64,000 nt of DNA, from assembly GCA_045545475.1 (NCBI GenBank), contig JAZQAZ010000008.1:122691-186690 (forward strand). Reading direction: 5' to 3'. Under the pieces are notes generated by a model that was not told where the DNA came from, did no database searches, and saw only the letters and a list, made by a program, of their open reading frames with translations. Shown here in pieces: positions 10,496 to 20,000 of this stretch (within the stretch, counting starts at the first letter, position 1; every line of letters starts with the position of its first letter). The DNA is from Clostridia bacterium. Lineage in GTDB: Bacteria; Bacillota; Clostridia; CAKSNL01; HGM11501. Position numbers and translations under genes: made by a program.

Positions 10496-11014
10496 ATGGA
10501 CTTAAAAACTAAATTCAGACATGTAGCAAATTTTCCAAAAGAAGGAATAGATTTTATCGACATAACAACGGTACTTAATGATAAAGATGCGTTTAGAGAA
10601 GCAATTGATATGATGGCTTCTTTTATAGATGCATCTGAATGTGATGTTCTGGTGGCAAGTGAAGCGCGTGGATTTATTTTAGGTTCTGCTCTTGCGTATA
10701 AACTTGGTGTAAGATTTGTTCCGGTTAGAAAACCCGGAAAGCTTCCTTATAAAACCGTTAGAGGATCATACGAACTTGAATACGGAACAGACTCTCTTGA
10801 AATGCATGTCGATGCAATAAAAAAGGGAGATAAAGCGATACTGGTAGATGACCTTATAGCTACCGGTGGAACAATGGGATGCGTTGCAGATATGGTAAGA
10901 GATATGGGAGGAACTGTTAAAAAGGCGGTTTTTCTCGTTGAACTTGAAGAATTACCCGGAAGAAAAATTATTGAAGGTAAAGATATAGAAGTAGTTTCGG
11001 TTGTAAAAATCTGA
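10496..11014 (+). CDS. apt: Adenine phosphoribosyltransferase
   Basis: FPKEGIDF, EARGF, RKPGKLP, LEYG and VDDLIATGGT motifs. Confidence 0.96.
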   Translation: MDLKTKFRHVANFPKEGIDFIDITTVLNDKDAFREAIDMMASFIDASECDVLVASEARGFILGSALAYKLGVRFVPVRKPGKLPYKTVRGSYELEYGTDSLEMHVDAIKKGDKAILVDDLIATGGTMGCVADMVRDMGGTVKKAVFLVELEELPGRKIIEGKDIEVVSVVKI

Positions 11015-11034
11015 TCTGGAAAGGAATTTTAGTT

Positions 11035-13230
11035 ATGGACGCTCATGAAACAAGCTATGAATACTTATGCGAACAATTGAACAGATATATGAAGGACATT
11101 TCGCTTGTTGAGCGAGCCTATGCGTTTGCCGAAGATGCTCATCGCCTGCAAAAGCGAAAATCCGGAGAGGCATATATTATCCACCCGGTGGGTGTTGCAG
11201 TGATATTGGCTGAACTTGAAATGGATCCTGAATGCATTGCGGCAGGGTTACTGCATGACGTTATTGAAGACGTTGAAAAAGCAGATTACAATACAGTGAA
11301 AGAAAACTTCGGAGAAGTTATAGCAAACCTTGTAGAAGGTGTAACAAAGCTTGATAAAATTCCGTTTGTTACGAATGAAGAACGACAGATAGAAAATGTC
11401 CGTAAAATGTTTTTCGCTATGGCATCGGACATCAGAGTAATAATAATAAAGCTTGCAGACCGCCTTCACAACATGAGAACTCTTATGTATATGCCGGGGG
11501 AAAAGCAGCTCAGAATTGCAAAAGAAACTCTTGATATATATGCACCTTTGGCACACCGTCTCGGTCTACAGCGAATTAAATGGGAACTTGAAGATTTGTC
11601 ACTCAAGTATCTTGATTCTGTTGCTTATCACGAAATTGCAGATAGCGTTCATATGAAGAAGCAAGAGCGTGAAGAATATGTGGAAGAGATAATAAAGCTC
11701 TTCAAAGCGAAGCTTGCTGAAATGAATATTGAGGGTGAAATAAAGGGACGAGTAAAGCATTATTACAGCATTTACAGAAAAATGTTTGCTCAGGATAAGT
11801 CTATCGACGAAATTTTCGACCTTTTTGCAGTAAGAATTATTGTTAAAGACCTTAACGATTGTTATGCGGCACTTGGTATGGTTCATGAGATGTTTACTCC
11901 TATGCCGGGCAGAGTAAAGGACTATATAGCAATGCCTAAACCAAACATGTATCAGTCATTGCATACGACAGTTATAGGACCAAAAGGCTATCCCTTTGAA
12001 GTGCAGATAAGAACATGGCAGATGCATCAGGTGGCTGAAAACGGTATTGCGGCCCATTGGAAATATAAAGAAGGAAAAACTGACGGTAAGCACGACGAAT
12101 ATGATACAAAGCTGGCATGGGTAAGAGACATGCTGGAAATACAGAAAGATGTCACGGACACCAATGATTTCCTTAACATGCTTAAAATTGATATGTTCTC
12201 AGATGAGGTTTTTGTATTTACGCCAAAAGGCAGCGTGATAAGTCTACCTGCTGGAGCAACTCCTGTTGATTTAGCTTTCGCCATTCACAGTGCCATTGGT
12301 TACAAAATGACAGGGGCAAAGGTGAATTCCAAAATAGCACCTATTGATTATAAACTTCAAAATGGTGACATAGTAGAAATCTTAACCAGCAGTGTGACAA
12401 AAGGACCCAAACAGGATTGGATAAAATTCTGTAAAACAACTTCCGCAAAGAACAAAATTAATCAATGGTACAAGAGGGAACAGCGAGAGGTAAACATAGC
12501 TAAAGGTAAGGATCTGATTGAGCAGGAAATAAAGAAATTCAACTTTAACATTTCTGATGTTATGATTCCGGCCAATGTTGATGCGATGCTTAAAAAGTTC
12601 AATTTCAATACTCTTGATGATATGTATGTAAGCGTAGGTTGCAATTCTGCAAGTCCGATAAGAATTGTTCAGAAACTTATTGACCTTAATCCTGAACTCA
12701 AGGCTGTACTTAAAGAAATTGAAATTGCAGAAAAACTGGCACGTCAGAAAAAAGCTTCGGCTTCCAAGAAACATTCAAATTCAGGCAGTGGTGTGGTTGT
12801 AAAAGGCGAAGAAAATCTTCTTGCAAGAATTTCGAAGTGTTGCAGTCCTGTGCCTGGTGATGATATTATTGGATTTATTACCCGTGGCAGAGGCGTATCT
12901 GTACACAGAAAAGACTGTATAAATGTGCAAGCTTCTGCACTGGATGAAGATTCAAAAAGTCGCCTGATTGAGTGCGAATGGGATGTTGAAGATTTAGGTT
13001 CTTTTGAGTGTCATCTTCTCATACATGCTACTGACAGAAGGGGGCTTCTTGCGGAGATAACCTCTTGTCTTGCAGAGCAAAAGCTTGCAATAGGAACACT
13101 TAATGCAACAAATAAAAATAATCTTGCGATAGTTGATCTTACGGTTAATATAAACGAAAGTTCCCAGATTGAGTTGATAACCAGGAAACTCCATATGATT
13201 CCGGGTGTTTACGAAGTTATAAGAGCTTAA
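11035..13230 (+). CDS. relA: Bifunctional (p)ppGpp synthetase/hydrolase Rel
   Basis: HD domain (LHDVIED), RVKDY, YQSLHTT, EVQIRT, plus TGS, CC and ACT domains. Confidence 0.96.
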   Translation: MDAHETSYEYLCEQLNRYMKDISLVERAYAFAEDAHRLQKRKSGEAYIIHPVGVAVILAELEMDPECIAAGLLHDVIEDVEKADYNTVKENFGEVIANLVEGVTKLDKIPFVTNEERQIENVRKMFFAMASDIRVIIIKLADRLHNMRTLMYMPGEKQLRIAKETLDIYAPLAHRLGLQRIKWELEDLSLKYLDSVAYHEIADSVHMKKQEREEYVEEIIKLFKAKLAEMNIEGEIKGRVKHYYSIYRKMFAQDKSIDEIFDLFAVRIIVKDLNDCYAALGMVHEMFTPMPGRVKDYIAMPKPNMYQSLHTTVIGPKGYPFEVQIRTWQMHQVAENGIAAHWKYKEGKTDGKHDEYDTKLAWVRDMLEIQKDVTDTNDFLNMLKIDMFSDEVFVFTPKGSVISLPAGATPVDLAFAIHSAIGYKMTGAKVNSKIAPIDYKLQNGDIVEILTSSVTKGPKQDWIKFCKTTSAKNKINQWYKREQREVNIAKGKDLIEQEIKKFNFNISDVMIPANVDAMLKKFNFNTLDDMYVSVGCNSASPIRIVQKLIDLNPELKAVLKEIEIAEKLARQKKASASKKHSNSGSGVVVKGEENLLARISKCCSPVPGDDIIGFITRGRGVSVHRKDCINVQASALDEDSKSRLIECEWDVEDLGSFECHLLIHATDRRGLLAEITSCLAEQKLAIGTLNATNKNNLAIVDLTVNINESSQIELITRKLHMIPGVYEVIRA

Positions 13231-13246
13231 GGATGAAAGATTTATC

Positions 13247-13849
13247 ATGAAAATAAAACGAGTTATTACAGGGGCATTACAAACAAATTGCTATATAGTT
13301 GTTAATAACGATCACGCATGTGTGATTGACCCAGGCGATGATTGCGATGTAATTGTTTCGCAGTTAGAAGGCTTAAAAGTTGATAAGATTATATTAACAC
13401 ATGGGCATTTTGACCATTTTATGGCTGCAGAAGAATTAAAAACAATCACCGGAGCAAAAATTTATATATCGGAAGAAGATGCACCGATGCTTAGTGATTA
13501 CAAAAAGAGTCTTTACGATATGTTGGGCATTGAAGATACCGATTTTACTCCTGCGACAGCAGACTTTTTTCTGGAAGATAGAATGGATATTTGCGGGGAG
13601 AATTTCGACATCATCAAGACTCCGGGGCATTCCAAGGGAAGCATTTGTCTTCTTAATGATGATGTTCTTTTTTCGGGAGATACACTGTTTCACGGCAGTA
13701 TCGGTCGTTACGACCATGGTAGCTATGATGAAATAATGCACTCACTGTGGGAACTTATGCTTCTGGATGACAACGTCACGGTATTGCCGGGGCATGGAGA
13801 TATAACATCCATCGGCAATGAAAGAAAAACTAATCCGTTTTTAAGGTAG
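13247..13849 (+). CDS. MBL-fold metallo-hydrolase (glyoxalase II-like)
   Basis: THGHFDH, TPGHS, SGDTLF and PGHG motifs. Confidence 0.9.
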   Translation: MKIKRVITGALQTNCYIVVNNDHACVIDPGDDCDVIVSQLEGLKVDKIILTHGHFDHFMAAEELKTITGAKIYISEEDAPMLSDYKKSLYDMLGIEDTDFTPATADFFLEDRMDICGENFDIIKTPGHSKGSICLLNDDVLFSGDTLFHGSIGRYDHGSYDEIMHSLWELMLLDDNVTVLPGHGDITSIGNERKTNPFLR

Positions 13850-13856
13850 AGTTAAA

Positions 13857-15266
13857 ATGGAGATAATCACTATTAATCATAACGACAGATATTCCATTGA
13901 ACAGATTTTTTGCTTATTTTTTGAAAAAGATTCTGATGTCATAGTAACTTCGGAATACAATGGTGAAAACAGTATAAAAACATGTACGGTTTATGACAAT
14001 AAAACCGAAAGTGCCGAATGGATTTTTCAAAATACCGATGAATTGAGCTTTAAAAATGCTGTTAAAAAATCTGCATTTCTTTCGATGTCTAAGCTGTCCG
14101 GCAAAAAAGCACCTTGGGGAATATTGACAGGGATACGGCCCACTAAGTTTTGCAGAAGTTTACATGCAAAATATACATATAGGGAAATTCGTGAAATCCT
14201 GATAAAAAATTATTGGGTTACGGAAGCGAAGAGTGAATTTTGTGTAGAGGTGGCTGAAAATTCTGAAAGGATTATGGAAACTATGGCACCCGAAGAAATA
14301 GGTGTTTATGTAGGTATTCCTTTTTGTCCCAGCAGGTGTTCATATTGCTCGTTTATATCTGAGTCTGCGGCTCTTTACAGTAAGTATATTCCGGAATATA
14401 CAAAGGCGTTGATTTCTGAAATAAAAGCTTTAGGAGAAATAGTTTCTGATTTAGGCCTTAAGATTGGCTCGGTTTATGTTGGGGGAGGTACACCGCCCGC
14501 TTTGGGAACTGCATTACTATCCGACGTGATAAAAGCTGTCAAAGAGAATTTTTTTCTGTATCCTGATACGGAATTTACAGTGGAGGCAGGACGGCCGGAT
14601 GTAATTGATGATGAGCTTCTTAAAATGCTTAAGATATATGAAGTTAATAGACTTTGTATTAATCCTCAGACCATGAATGACGAAACGCTTAAGCTCATCG
14701 GAAGAAATCACAGTGCCGAAGAGACCGTTAAAGCGTTTGAACTGGCGAGAAAATATTCTTTCGATAATATCAATTCCGATCTTATAGCAGGACTTCCAGG
14801 CGAGAATTTAGAAATGTTTTTAAAAACTCTTGATTATATTGACAAACTTAATCCTGAAGAAATTACGGTTCATACAATGTATCAAAAAAGAGCATCAAGG
14901 ATTTCGAAGGAAAAAACTTGGGACGATCGTGCTGTGGACATAAATGAGATGGTTGACTCTGCCATAGAATTTACACGGAATAAGGGATATTTACCTTATT
15001 ATATGTATAAACAACGGAGCACAAAAGGGAATCTTGAAAACACAGGATATGCGAAAAAAGGATTTGAATCAGTTTACAATGTGGCAATAATGGAAGAAGT
15101 GAGAAGCATTCTGGCATGTGGCTCAGGAGCATCAAGCAAGCTTGTAAAAGGCGATAATGTAACAAGGGTTTATAATATCAAAGACGCATTTTCTTATATA
15201 AGAGATATTGATACAATAATTAAAAATAAAACAGATAAATTAAATTTATTTTTTAAAAGTGAATAA
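13857..15266 (+). CDS. hemZ: HemZ-like radical SAM protein
   Basis: PWGILTGIRP, CPSRCSYC, GGGTP, EAGRPD and PYYMYKQ motifs. Confidence 0.88.
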   Translation: MEIITINHNDRYSIEQIFCLFFEKDSDVIVTSEYNGENSIKTCTVYDNKTESAEWIFQNTDELSFKNAVKKSAFLSMSKLSGKKAPWGILTGIRPTKFCRSLHAKYTYREIREILIKNYWVTEAKSEFCVEVAENSERIMETMAPEEIGVYVGIPFCPSRCSYCSFISESAALYSKYIPEYTKALISEIKALGEIVSDLGLKIGSVYVGGGTPPALGTALLSDVIKAVKENFFLYPDTEFTVEAGRPDVIDDELLKMLKIYEVNRLCINPQTMNDETLKLIGRNHSAEETVKAFELARKYSFDNINSDLIAGLPGENLEMFLKTLDYIDKLNPEEITVHTMYQKRASRISKEKTWDDRAVDINEMVDSAIEFTRNKGYLPYYMYKQRSTKGNLENTGYAKKGFESVYNVAIMEEVRSILACGSGASSKLVKGDNVTRVYNIKDAFSYIRDIDTIIKNKTDKLNLFFKSE

Positions 15267-15288
15267 ATTATTAAGAATAAAATTTTTA

Positions 15289-15317
15289 TAGACAAAAAAC
15301 AGTTTTTGGTATATAAT
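15289..15317 (+). promoter_or_regulatory. sigma-A promoter
   Basis: TAGACA-17 bp-TATAAT. Confidence 0.65.
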
Positions 15318-15346
15318 ATATGAGAAAATGATTTCGGAGGGATTTT

Positions 15347-15631
15347 ATGGCTATTGATGTTGAAAAAATAAAAGAAAATATAGGTAAAGCCGCTGATTTT
15401 ACAGTGCAAAAAACAGAAGAGGTTTTTTCTTCTGCAAAATTAAAAGTTAAGAAAGTAGAGCTTAAGCGAAAAATATCAGGGGTTTACAAAGAAATCGGAG
15501 AAGTGATTTATACAAATTCGAAAACCGGAAACGATATAACGGAACAGCTTGAGTTTTTGATTAAAAAAATTGATGAATACAACGAAGAAATTTCAAGGTG
15601 CAACGAGGCACTCAATAGCTTAGACGATTAA
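15347..15631 (+). CDS. Small coiled-coil hypothetical protein
   Basis: 94 aa, GGAGG RBS, own promoter. Confidence 0.75.
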   Translation: MAIDVEKIKENIGKAADFTVQKTEEVFSSAKLKVKKVELKRKISGVYKEIGEVIYTNSKTGNDITEQLEFLIKKIDEYNEEISRCNEALNSLDD

Positions 15632-15678
15632 TAAAAACAGACAGCACACTTTAAATTTGCTGTTTACCGGAGGAAAAA

Positions 15679-16554
15679 ATGCGTAAAAAAATACTGATGA
15701 CAGGGATTTTTGTGATATGTCTGATTGTTGTAGCGTATTTAGGCGTACGCATGGCATTCTTTATAACTTCTCCCTTTGATCAGATCGAAGTGGGAGACGA
15801 ACTTGACGAGGTTACTGTTACCAACGGAAATATTGTAATAAATGCACTCGTTATGGGGTTGGATAAAGACGAAACCAGAACCGATACTTTACTTTTTGTA
15901 AGCTACAACAGTGAAGATGGTAAATGTTTTGTTATGAGTATACCTCGTGATACCTATGTAAATGTGGATGGAAAGCCGATAATGATTAATTCGGTATATT
16001 CAAAAGGCGGACTTGAATTGACAATCAATAAGGTTAAAGACCTTATCGGACTTCCGATAAACTATTATGTTGTATTTACTTTTGAGGATTTCAGAAATGT
16101 AATTGACGCTTTGGGCGGTGTAGAGTTTGACGTGAGACCTGAAGGATATTATTACGAAGATCCTTATCAAGATCTCGTAATTAATATACCGGGAGGACAC
16201 CAGGTACTGGACGGTGCAAAGGCTGAAGGCTTGGTACGCTACAGAGCGGATTATGCAAGAGCAGATCTGGAAAGAGTAGAAGTTCAGCAAAAATTTGTTA
16301 AAGCTCTTATCGAACAGAAGTTTACAAAAGAGTATATTGCAAGTATACCTAAAATTTATGATGCCATTAAAGATTCTTTAAAGAGTAATCTTTCCCTTAG
16401 TGATTTGTTGGCATATAGTGGCGAGATTATAGAAGGCGGAGTTTCAGGAATTTATACACATACTCTTCCGACTACTATTTACGGTGCTCATCTTTTACCT
16501 GATGAGGCCGGAATTGATGCTCTGTTGGAGGGATATTTTCCTGAAACGAATTAA
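15679..16554 (+). CDS. LCP (LytR-CpsA-Psr) family protein
   Basis: N-terminal TM segment; RTDT, SIPRDT, IDALGGV and RYR motifs. Confidence 0.92.
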   Translation: MRKKILMTGIFVICLIVVAYLGVRMAFFITSPFDQIEVGDELDEVTVTNGNIVINALVMGLDKDETRTDTLLFVSYNSEDGKCFVMSIPRDTYVNVDGKPIMINSVYSKGGLELTINKVKDLIGLPINYYVVFTFEDFRNVIDALGGVEFDVRPEGYYYEDPYQDLVINIPGGHQVLDGAKAEGLVRYRADYARADLERVEVQQKFVKALIEQKFTKEYIASIPKIYDAIKDSLKSNLSLSDLLAYSGEIIEGGVSGIYTHTLPTTIYGAHLLPDEAGIDALLEGYFPETN

Positions 16555-16650
16555 AATTAAATTTTAATTCGTTTGCATGGTTAAAATATACAAAATGGGT
16601 TAAAATTTTAACGAAGAAATAGTTTTATTGTTGAATTTATAAGTTAGGTA

Positions 16651-16679
16651 TTGCAAAATGGTAATTAATTGGTTATAAT
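16651..16679 (+). promoter_or_regulatory. sigma-A promoter for ppi-gap
   Basis: TTGCAA-17 bp-TATAAT. Confidence 0.65.
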
Positions 16680-16701
16680 AATAGGGTATGGGGTATAGAT
16701 T

Positions 16702-17298
16702 ATGAAAAGAATTTTAGTTATATTAATGACGACAATGTTGTTATTTGCGGTTTCTTGTTCGAATGATATTGATCCTTCAAGAATTGCTGCTGAAAAGGAG
16801 GAAAATCCGGTGGTTACAATCACAGTAAAAGATTTTGGAGATATGGTTTTGGAGCTTTATCCCGAATATGCACCCGAAACAGTTGCTAACTTTTTAGAGC
16901 TTGCTGAAAGCGGTTTTTATGAAGGACTTGTGTTCCATAGAATCTATAAAGGATTTATGATTCAGGGCGGATCCACCGACGGACTTGGAATTGCCGGTTC
17001 GGATAAGAAGATTAAAGGAGAGTTTTCTTCTAATGGCGTAGACAATCCTTTAAGTCATGAACGTGGGGTTATTTCAATGGCTCGTACAAATGATCCTAAC
17101 AGTGCAAGTTCACAGTTCTTTATCTGCGATGCAGATTCGACCTTCCTTGACGGAAGCTATGCTGCATTCGGAAAACTCACTGAAGGCTATGATGTACTTG
17201 ATGCAATCGCATCAGTTGATGTAACATACGGACCTTCAGGCGAGAAATCTTCACCTTTGGTTGCACCGGTGATTGAAAAAGTCACCGTTAACAAATAA
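16702..17298 (+). CDS. Cyclophilin-type peptidyl-prolyl isomerase, lipoprotein
   Basis: Lipobox AVSC; FHR, FMIQGG, ISMAR and SQFFI motifs. Confidence 0.92.
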   Translation: MKRILVILMTTMLLFAVSCSNDIDPSRIAAEKEENPVVTITVKDFGDMVLELYPEYAPETVANFLELAESGFYEGLVFHRIYKGFMIQGGSTDGLGIAGSDKKIKGEFSSNGVDNPLSHERGVISMARTNDPNSASSQFFICDADSTFLDGSYAAFGKLTEGYDVLDAIASVDVTYGPSGEKSSPLVAPVIEKVTVNK

Positions 17299-17325
17299 GT
17301 ATACTATTTTTAGGAGGATGTTAAA

Positions 17326-18360
17326 ATGGTAAGAGTAGGTATAAACGGATTCGGACGTATCGGACGTCTTGCGTTCAGACAGATGTTTGGCGCAGAAGGT
17401 TATGAAATCGTTGCAATCAACGACTTAACACAGCCTTCAATGCTTGCTGGTCTTCTTAAGTATGACACAGCTCAGGGCGGATACTGCGGTAAAATTGGTG
17501 AAAACCTTCACACAGTAGAAGCTGACGATGAAGCAGGCACAATCACAGTTGACGGAAAGGTTCTTAAAATCTATGCTGAAAAAGACGCTAAGAACATTCC
17601 TTGGGGCGAGCTTGATGTAGACGTAGTATTAGAGTGCACAGGTTTCTATTGCTCTCTTGAAAAGTCTCAGGCTCACATCGATGCAGGTGCAAAGAAGGTT
17701 GTTATTTCTGCTCCCGCAGGTAAGGACCTTAAGACAATCGTATTCAGCGTAAATGAAAATACACTTACAGCTGACGACAAGATCATTTCTGCTGCTTCCT
17801 GCACAACAAACTGCCTTGCTCCTATGGCTAAGGCTCTTAACGACTATGCAGCAATCCAGTCCGGTATCATGTCCACAATTCATGCATACACAGGCGATCA
17901 GATGATTCTCGATGGTCCTCACAGAAAGGGCGACATGAGAAGAGCAAGAGCAGGTGCTGCTAACATCGTTCCCAACTCAACAGGTGCTGCAAAGGCAATC
18001 GGACTTGTTATTCCTGAACTTAACGGTAAGCTTATCGGTTCTGCACAGAGAGTTCCCGTTCCCACAGGTTCTACAACAATCCTTACAGCTGTTGTAAAGG
18101 GTGAAAACGTAACTGTTGACGGTATCAACGCTGCTATGAAGGCTGCTGCTTCTGCAAGCTTCGGCTACAACGAAGATCCCATCGTATCTTCTGACGTTAT
18201 CGGTATGAAGTATGGTTCTCTCTTCGATGCAACTCAGACAATGGTTTCTGAAATCGGAGAAGGTCTCTATCAGGTACAGGTTGTTTCCTGGTATGACAAC
18301 GAAAATTCTTACACAAGCCAGATGGTAAGAACAATCAAGTACTTTGCTGAACTTGGCTGA
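17326..18360 (+). CDS. gap: Type I glyceraldehyde-3-phosphate dehydrogenase
   Basis: [17 protein letters not shown] and WYDNE motifs; strong high-expression codon bias. Confidence 0.98.
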   Translation: MVRVGINGFGRIGRLAFRQMFGAEGYEIVAINDLTQPSMLAGLLKYDTAQGGYCGKIGENLHTVEADDEAGTITVDGKVLKIYAEKDAKNIPWGELDVDVVLECTGFYCSLEKSQAHIDAGAKKVVISAPAGKDLKTIVFSVNENTLTADDKIISAASCTTNCLAPMAKALNDYAAIQSGIMSTIHAYTGDQMILDGPHRKGDMRRARAGAANIVPNSTGAAKAIGLVIPELNGKLIGSAQRVPVPTGSTTILTAVVKGENVTVDGINAAMKAAASASFGYNEDPIVSSDVIGMKYGSLFDATQTMVSEIGEGLYQVQVVSWYDNENSYTSQMVRTIKYFAELG

Positions 18361-18375
18361 TTAGAATGAATTAAG

Positions 18376-18409
18376 AAAACGGATGCTTTCGCATCCGTTT
18401 TTTTCTTTT
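18376..18409 (+). terminator. Intrinsic terminator after gap
   Basis: AAAACGGATGC-TTTC-GCATCCGTTTTTTT. Confidence 0.88.
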
Positions 18410-18470
18410 CTGTATTGCATTTTAAAAATAAAATGTTATAATTAAATATATGGAATGGAGTGAATAAAGC

Positions 18471-18875
18471 GTGAAGAAATATCTGCTGATAATTTTTAGC
18501 ATATTAATTTTGATAGCTTTGATTTTTGTGATGTTTTTGCCTGAAAAGACAAACACAGAAGCCGGTAAAACAGTAACACTTATATGTGCTATTGAAGATA
18601 TGGATGTAAATACCGAACTTTCAGCCGAACATTCAAAAATAATTACAGAAATTTTCAATAATAAAGCACTGTATGATGAAAATCCGCCGCTTTGCCCCTG
18701 CAATAAAAATTTCTCTTTTAAGATAGGTAAAAAAACATTTTGCATTGCAGTAGATGGGTGTCCGACAATTTACATAGATGAAAAATCAAGTTATTTTTAT
18801 TTGACAGAGGAAGAAAATGAGATAATAAACGATATTTTAATGGAATATGGCGTGAACAGAGATGTACTTTTTTAA
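18471..18875 (+). CDS. Hypothetical membrane-anchored/exported protein
   Basis: N-terminal hydrophobic helix; Cys motif CPC...C....C; upstream promoter and GGAG RBS. Confidence 0.7.
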   Translation: MKKYLLIIFSILILIALIFVMFLPEKTNTEAGKTVTLICAIEDMDVNTELSAEHSKIITEIFNNKALYDENPPLCPCNKNFSFKIGKKTFCIAVDGCPTIYIDEKSSYFYLTEEENEIINDILMEYGVNRDVLF

Positions 18876-18928
18876 TCGGATTAAAAAGGCACAGCAAATT
18901 TTGTTATAACATATACAAGGGTGATTTT

Positions 18929-19999
18929 ATGAAAATTATTCACACAGCCGATTTACATCTTGACTCGGCGATGAAAACCAATCTCAGTAAAGAAAAGGCA
19001 AAAATGCGAAAAAATGAGATTTTACATACATTTGAAAGAATGGTTGATTTTGCAAAAGAAAATGAAGTAAGCGTCATACTTATTGCGGGGGATCTTTTTG
19101 ATACAAAAACGGTAACGGTTAAAACAAAAGATATTATAAAACGCTGTATCGAAGAAAATCCTGGAATTGATTATCTTTATCTTAAAGGTAATCACGATGC
19201 AGAAGTTTCCCTTTATGACGAAGAAGTACCTTCGAATCTTAAACTCTTTTCCGAAAACTGGACGAGCTATGAGTACGAAGATGTCATAATTACGGGTGCA
19301 CATCTTTCGGGAAAAAGCAATCTTTATGATTCGCTTCTTCTTGATAAGAGTAAAATCAATATTGTAACACTTCACGGACAGGAACAAAAATACGTTGGAA
19401 AGGATAAAACCGAAACCGTAAATCTTCCGCTTCTTAAGGATAAGTACATAGATTATCTTGCACTGGGACACATACATTCTTACAAGGAAGATAAACTTGA
19501 TACGAGAGGTATCTGGGTATATTCCGGATGTCCGGATGGAAGAGGGTATGATGAATGCGGAGAGAAAGGATTTTCTCTTATAACCGTTGAAAACGGAGAA
19601 ATTTCGCATGAATTCATCCCGTTTATGAGTCGCTTTATAAACGAAATCAGGGTTGATATATCGGATTGTGAGACCACTTCCGATGTTGACAGAAAGGTGT
19701 CTGAAAAACTTTCGGATATATCTTATGATGACATGGTCAAAGTGGTTCTTGAAGGAAAGATAAGCGTTGAATCCGGTTATGATTTGAATTATATAGAGGA
19801 CAAAAATAAAGATAAGTTTTTTGCATTTAAAATAGAAGACGCTGAAGTCGGACTAAAGTTTAATGTTGAAGATTATATGCATGACGCCTCTTTAAAGGGA
19901 GAATTTATAAGAACAGTTATGGCTGAAGATTACAGCGAAGAAGAAAAACGTCTTGTAATCGAGCTTGGAATAAAGGCCTTGGCCGGAGAGGAGCTTTGA
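18929..19999 (+). CDS. SbcD/Mre11-like metallophosphoesterase nuclease (YhaO-like)
   Basis: HTADLHLD, AGDLFD, GNHD, LHG and ALGHIH motifs. Confidence 0.9.
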   Translation: MKIIHTADLHLDSAMKTNLSKEKAKMRKNEILHTFERMVDFAKENEVSVILIAGDLFDTKTVTVKTKDIIKRCIEENPGIDYLYLKGNHDAEVSLYDEEVPSNLKLFSENWTSYEYEDVIITGAHLSGKSNLYDSLLLDKSKINIVTLHGQEQKYVGKDKTETVNLPLLKDKYIDYLALGHIHSYKEDKLDTRGIWVYSGCPDGRGYDECGEKGFSLITVENGEISHEFIPFMSRFINEIRVDISDCETTSDVDRKVSEKLSDISYDDMVKVVLEGKISVESGYDLNYIEDKNKDKFFAFKIEDAEVGLKFNVEDYMHDASLKGEFIRTVMAEDYSEEEKRLVIELGIKALAGEEL

Positions 20000-20000
20000 T

